From Macrostomum lignano (lineage: Eukaryota), in the NCBI GenBank assembly GCA_002269645.1, contig NIVC01001481.1, forward strand, positions 217,331 through 281,330: 64,000 bases of DNA, written 5' to 3'. The notes beneath the pieces are model-generated. The model had not been told where the DNA came from, searched no databases, and saw only the letters and a program-made list of their open reading frames with translations. Both the position numbers and the translations under genes were made by a program. The first letter of the stretch is position 1. Each line of letters begins with the position of its first letter. This document shows positions 58,197 through 64,000 of the stretch, piece by piece.

Positions 58197-60395
58197 GTCT
58201 GTCTATCTGTCTGTCTATCTGTCTGTCTGTCTGTCTCTGTGTCTGTCTGTCTGTCTGTGTGTCTGTCTGTCTGTCTGTCTGTCTCTGTCTGTCTGTCTGT
58301 CTGTCTATCTGTCTGTCTGCTATCTGTCTGCCTGTCTGTCCGTCTGTCTGTGTGTCTGTCTGTCTATGTCTGTCTCTGTCTGTCTGTCTATCTGTCTGCC
58401 TGTCTGTCTGTCTGTCTGTCTGACTGACTCTCTGTCTGTCTGTCTGTTGCCAACCCCGCCCGCCCCCCTCAATCCGCAGGTGTGCAGCACCGATTCCACG
58501 AGTTTGGGCCCAACCAGCCGGTGTACTCGCTGCTAAGCTTCCTAGACGTGCTGACGGGCCACCCGCGGCCCTATCGAACCCTGTCAGCAGAGGCGGTCAC
58601 CGACGCCAAGGTGCTGCGCATTCCTTCCCGCCGTCTAGTTGGCCTGTTCGCCCAGCAGCAGTTCCAGCAGACCATGGTGCGCATAGTCCAGGTGATCACC
58701 ATCCGACTGCAGCGGGTCACCTTTCAAGCCTTGAATAACTATTTGAGCCTGAGCACGGAATTGTTTAGCGCCGATAGGCAGTCGCTGCCGGACTGCGAGG
58801 TGCTCAAACTGCAGGGACGAATTGCTGAGCTGTCTGGCGTTCCCCTTCTGGTGTCGAGTAAAACAGCAGCTTCTGCCGCGGCTGCGTCTTCGTCTGGCGG
58901 AGCTGCTGAAGCTGCGGCTGCTGCTGCATCGGCCAGTCTGGGGGACAGCGGCAGTAGCGGTGAGTGCAGACTGGTTGTCTAGCCTGGTGGGCTGCTCTAT
59001 AGATGTTGATCTAGGCTGCTCTAGAGATACATAGGCTGTTCTATAGATGTTGATCTAGGCTGCTCTATAGATGTTGATCTAGGCTGTTCTATAGATACTG
59101 ATAGGCTGCTCTATAGATGTTGATCTAGGCTGCTCTATAGATACTGATAGGCTGCTCTATAGATACTGATAGGCTGCTCTATAGATGTTGATCTAGGCTG
59201 CTCTATAGATACTGATAGGCTGCTCTATAGATACTGATAGGCTGCTCTATAGATACTGATAGGCTGCTCTATAGATACTGATAGGCTGCTCTATAGATAC
59301 TGATAGGCTGCTCTATAGATACTGATAGGCTGCTCTATAGATGTTGATCTAGGCTGCTCTATAGATACTGATAGGCTGCTCTATAGATACTGATAGGCTG
59401 CTCTATAGATGTTGATCTAGGCTGCTCTATAGATGTTGATCTAGGCTGCTCTATAGATACTGATAGGTAGGCTGCTCTATAGATTTTGATCTAGGCTGTT
59501 CTATAGATACTGATAGGTAGGCTGCTCTATAGATTTTGATCTAGGCTGTTCTATAGATACTGATAGGCTGCTCTAGCTATAGATGTTGATCTAGGCTGTT
59601 CTATAGATACTGATAGGCTGCTCTATAGCTATTGATCTAGGCTGCTCTATAGCTATTGATCTAGGCTGCTCTATAGATATTGATCTAGGCTGCTCTATAG
59701 ATATTGGTAGACTACTATATATAAATTGATAGACTACTCTATAGAGATTGATAGGCTACTCTAGAGAGATGTATATAAATTACCGGAAGAGGTAGGTTGA
59801 CCACCCAGGAAATTGAAAGACTAACTTGGGAAATTGAGGGCATTCATTGAAGAAAATTTGAAAGGTCATCAAGATCCGAAGACAGTCTTGAACTCAATAG
59901 TAGCTTAGCTCGCCGGTGACACCGCATCCCGCTCATCTTGTTTATTGTTTTCCAGCCGCCGGTGGTCAGTCTCTTATTGAACAGGCGCAGCAGCAGCAGC
60001 AGCGGCATTATCACCAAGACCAGACACCGCCAGTCCGCGTGTACACCCGCTCCCGGTCTCGGTCTCCGTCGGCGGCGGAATCTTCCACCGCAGCGTCCGA
60101 CGCTCAGACAGTTGCCGCCGCTGTCGCCGCCTCGCCCGACGCACCTTCCGTTTCAGCTTCGAACGACGCCGATACGGACTTCGACGCCGCGGTTGAGAAG
60201 GCGTTGGGCAATCGGCGTACTAAGAAAGGCAGTCTGGAAGGCTTGGAGATGGGCGAACTACCAAGGCGTCACATGTCGCTAAGTTTGCACTCAGGTGGAG
60301 GCGGTGGTGGCAGCGGCAGACGGCGGACATCGCGGGTGCCAGCAAACGAGCAGAGCGACGCGTTTCTGAGCACTTTGATGGCGGCGGCTAAGAAG
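56190..60395 (+). CDS. PNPLA6: Neuropathy target esterase / swiss cheese (PNPLA6/7-like), 5' part; exons 56190-56525, 57177-57483, 58480-58959, 59956-60395; continues beyond the window
   Basis: N-terminal TM helix, [16 protein letters not shown], cNMP-binding domain ([21 protein letters not shown]; [18 protein letters not shown]) and [23 protein letters not shown] are present. Junctions are phase-consistent GT-AG. The patatin domain is not in the window, and the exon 4 donor (AAG|GTAAAA) is less certain. Confidence 0.88.
56570..57115. repeat. 34-bp minisatellite, NTE intron 1
   Basis: Unit GATTTGATGCAGAAAGCTGAATGGGATTCTGCAT. Confidence 0.95.
57772..58448. repeat. (TCTG)n microsatellite, NTE intron 2
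   Basis: About 670 bp of TCTG repeats with variants. Confidence 0.97.
58990..59770. repeat. 22-24-bp minisatellite, NTE intron 3
   Basis: Unit ATAGGCTGCTCTATAGATACTG, with an alternative unit ending GATGTTGATCT. Confidence 0.95.
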
Positions 60396-60444
60396 GTAAA
60401 ATTAGTGCGGCTCTGGCTTGAAGATGGGATGGGATTGATGGGTT

Positions 60445-63400
60445 CTCTTGACTTACTTGACTTAGCTGCAGGGCTGTCCCGGAGGGAACACAGCGGGAAG
60501 GTGCGAGCGCCCATTCCGCTAGTCCCTGAACGGCCGACGCGTCGCTATGGACGGAGGGTTGGCGCCGCCCAGGGAGGTCCCCCAGTGTCGCCAGCAGCTA
60601 TAGTGCTCTCTGGAAAGGAGAGTTCAGCCCTGCGGGTGGCCCGAAGGTAGCGCATGAGCTGATTAAAGTTTTCGGGTTTGCACGCTTCAGTAATAGATGT
60701 GTGTGGCCCGAGGTAAGTGAGTCTGGCCCGCGTGAAGGCGGGACAGATGCTGACGAAATGCTCAGCGGTTTCGTCACTGAGTTGCAGAAACTGCAGGTGG
60801 CGCTGGTGGGGTTGCCCTGCAGGTACTGGTGCCTGGAGAAGCAGCCGTGACCAGAGAGGGTCATGGTGGCAGCCCGGATGTCTCTGCGCGAGAGGCGCAA
60901 GAGGAGCTTCCGGAGCTGGTGAGAGGGCTGAGGGACAGCGCCTCTGGATTGCCTGCAGTTCGTGCGGTTCGCCCAAGTCGAGCGGTGCTGAGTCCTGATC
61001 CACGCTTTGATGCGCGAGTCGATGACACAGCCAGGAATCGGGACAAGAGGTTCGGGGCCGAGAGAGGAGCCGGAGGCACCAACTTTTGCAAGGGTGTCAG
61101 CCAGCTCATTTCCTCGGATCCCCACATGCCCCGGAACCCACTTAAGGGTAATTTTGTTGGCGGAACCCAACACGTTGAGAAGTTTGATACAGTCGAGGAC
61201 TGTAGCAGAGTTGGTGCTGCAGCCACTGATGGCGTGCAAGGCAGCTTGGCTGTCCGAATGGAAAATGATGTTCTTACCAGTAACGCCAGTGGCGAGAAGC
61301 TCTGCAGTGCAGGAGCTGATGGCCAGAACTTCATTTTGGAAAACACTGGAGTTGACCCCAGTGTATTGAGCGTGGGTAGCGATGACCCTCCCGTTCAGAA
61401 AGATTCCAACACCAAAGCCGGTGTTGGCTGACTGCTTAGAACCGTCGGTGTAGCAATGAAGCTCACCAGGGTTCCATTGGTCATTGATGTTATCGCGCGA
61501 GTCGATAGCTACGGAGTAGCGCTGTCTCAGGTTGAGCGTTGAGGCAATGCCATCGGTGAAGACGCGATTGGCCTGACACTCGTTGAGAAAGTTGAGGCAC
61601 AGATCGCTATGCGGGACAAGGTTCCGCTTAGCAGGTGCTCTCATGTAAATGAATTTGACGCCGGCATCAATTAGACGCCGCGTCGTTCTAGCCGCCTCAC
61701 CCCTGATGAAGAGGTCAAGAGGCGGAAGATTAAGGAAGGCCCCCATGCCAGCAAAGGGCGTGGACCTGGTGGCGTTGCAGATGAGCCTACACGCTCTGCC
61801 TTGGATCGTGTTGAGCAGGTCTGCATGGCTTTTGACCTGGGTAGCGCTAACCCAGGCAACAGAGGCGTACGTAATGGCAGGTCTAACTACGGAAGTATAG
61901 ATCCACCAAAGCCGCTTTGGGGATAGACCCCAAGAAGTGCCAAGTGCTCGTCGGAGCTGGGCCAGGATGGCTGAGGCACGCTTGGCTTTTGCTTTCACGT
62001 GGAGGACCAGTTGAGCCGGTGGTCAAGTATGACCCCGAGACATCTGGTCTGGTGCGCGAAGGCAATATCTCTGCCGTAGAGCTGCAGAGGACGTATGTTC
62101 CAGCGTAGTCTGCTGGTAAACATAATGGCAACGGTTTTGGGCTCAGAGAGTTCCAGACCATTGTCATTGGCCCAGGATTCTGCTTTGCGGATAAAGCTCT
62201 GCATCAGATCCCTGAGCGTGCTGGGAGACGGTCCTGCCACAATGACCGTGACGTCATCAGCATACCCGACTTTGAAGACGGGGTCGGGTCGGGAGTCACT
62301 CAAAAGAGCGTCCATGACCAGGTTCCAGAGCGTCGGGTGAGGACTCCGCCTTGGGGTCCACCCTTACAGACTCTGGTGGAGGCAGTTTGCCAAGAAGTTG
62401 GGCAGTGACCGTACGGTTGGAGATCATGTACATGATCCACCGTATGAGGGTAGCATGAGCTTTGCGATTTTGAAGGGCCCTCTGAAACGCTTCAAAGATA
62501 ACGTTGTCGAAGGCGCCAACAATGTCAAGAAAGAGAGCCAGAGCGTAACCGTCACCCAGTACCGCCCTTTCAATCTTCTCGACAATCGCATGCAGGGCGC
62601 TGTCAGTCGACCTCCCGGTACGGAAGGCGTGCTGATTATTGCTGAGGGGCATCGCTGTCAGCTCGCAGGACAGCAGCCGCCAGAGAATAAGCCTCTCAGT
62701 GAGCTTAAGCATCGCTGACGTTAAGCTAATAGGCCGGAAGGCCTTGACGCTTTGGTAGTCACCCTTCCCAGGTTTGGGAATAAAGACTACCCGAGCTTCA
62801 GTCCAGCATTTGGGAACGTATCCCAGCTGGATAGAGGCCGCATAAGATTGCGGGTGAGTCTCAGGAACGAGGGTATCTTGGCTGCTTCACGAAGGAGAAC
62901 AGGGTAGATACCATCAGGTCCAGGAGATTTGAAGGGTTTGAAGGTTCTGACCGCACGAGCGATTAGGTCTTCAGTGACAATGCCCGCCGCTAGGGTGGCT
63001 CCATCCATCGAATGGTTGGGCTCGCGGTCTAGCAGTAGGTACCCTCGGAAGAATGTGCTAAGCATATGCTGAAGCACTTCTTCAGGGTCTTTAGTAAGAG
63101 AGCCATCATCTTTTTTGATCATGGCTAATTTGGACATTTTGTCCATTGTAAGGGCCTTGACAAGCCTGGAAGTAGGTCTGTCTTGATCCAATTCATTGCA
63201 GAATTGGCGCCACTTACATTCCTTGGCCTTGCGCACTTCAGATTTTAAATTGCGGGAGGCTTGCCGGAAAAGCTCCATGTCCTCCGGGTTTCCGGTCTTC
63301 ATGGCACGGCGACGAAGGCTTTTGGCCTTCCGCCTGAGTTTCCCCAGCTCCGGGTTCCACCACGGCGCCGAGGTCTTGCCTTTGTAGGCGCGAGCAGGAC

Positions 63401-64000
63401 AAGCCGCTACGTAGGCTGCAATAATGCAACCTGTCAGCGTCTCAGCCATATGATCCACATCCTCGCAGGTCTCAATCGGACGTAAGTCCGTGAGTTCCTG
63501 CAGGTGCAGATCAAGGGCAGCCTTGTAGGCCGCAATCAGTGTTGCGGATATTTCGCCTCCAAGTGATCGGAGACTGGGTTTTAGTGTCCGCGATGTTAAA
63601 GACGATAAAGCAGTGGTCAGACAGGGATGGCTCCTCAGACCAGACTCTCCACTCCTCAACTCTGTCAAAGAGTCTTGGGGTAACGAGTGTGGCGTCGAGG
63701 ACCTCGGTCCAGTCTGCCATTATTAAAGGTAGGAGTGCTGCCGCGGTTGCAGAGCATGAGGTTTGTGTTAGAGATAAGGGCCAGAAGCTCCTCTCCTCTA
63801 GTGTTGGTATCTTTGCTGCCCCAGTGCTTGTGGTGCACGTTGAGGTCGCCCCCTAAGCACAAGCTCAGCGTTCTGGACTCGCAGTACTGCGCAAGGCGCA
63901 GTAAACTCTCGGGACAGGGTCTCTGTCGCCTGGGATATAAACCGAGGCAACAAGACACGTACCGCGGAGAGAAATGATTAGATTGGATGACGCAAAGGTC
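60445..64000 (-). mobile_element. Non-LTR retrotransposon (APE endonuclease-RT-RNase H-CCHC), I-group, LOA/Tad1-like; frameshifted; extends past the window end
   Basis: APE motifs (GGDLNVHHKHWGS, TPTFNNG, SDH) lie at 63.5-64.0 kb. RT motifs (KSPGPDGI, QHAFRTGRST, FLDIVGAFDNV, GYADDV) lie at 62.0-62.95 kb. RNase H motifs (YTDGSK, FQNEVLAI, SDSQAAL, WVPGH, GNELAD) lie at 61.1-61.46 kb. The C-terminal region has LSRRDIR...LSGHG and C-x2-C...EHFVSIC. The protein is spread over about 7 ORF pieces. Confidence 0.93.

Overview
Eukaryotic (animal) genomic DNA with GC-rich exons and AT-rich or minisatellite-filled GT-AG introns. The style resembles the flatworm Macrostomum, but that is inference only. 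I built phase-consistent spliced models for five genes: a MOV10L1/Armitage-type piRNA helicase (minus, 3' end outside the window), Mediator MED25 (minus, 8 exons), cytochrome c1 (minus, 3 exons), NAA10 (minus, 2 exons) and an NTE/PNPLA6-7 (swiss cheese) gene (plus, 5' part only). There is also an intronless USP4/11/15-type deubiquitinase CDS (plus) and a tRNA-Glu(TTC). The strongest novelty candidate is at 54.3-55.8 kb: two partial copies of the USP N-terminus are joined in frame by a consensus 73-nt intron, predicting a 484-aa (DUSP-UBL)x2 protein with no catalytic domain. Other notable items: 15 of 16 delimited introns carry their own tandem repeat, and one is built from copies of its own splice acceptor; four nested insertions at 21.3-24.7 kb all retain target-site duplications; a CORE-like tRNA SINE; a 5S-like fragment; and an APE-RT-RNase H non-LTR element antisense in the NTE intron. 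Exon boundaries were deduced by eye and no database searches were run.
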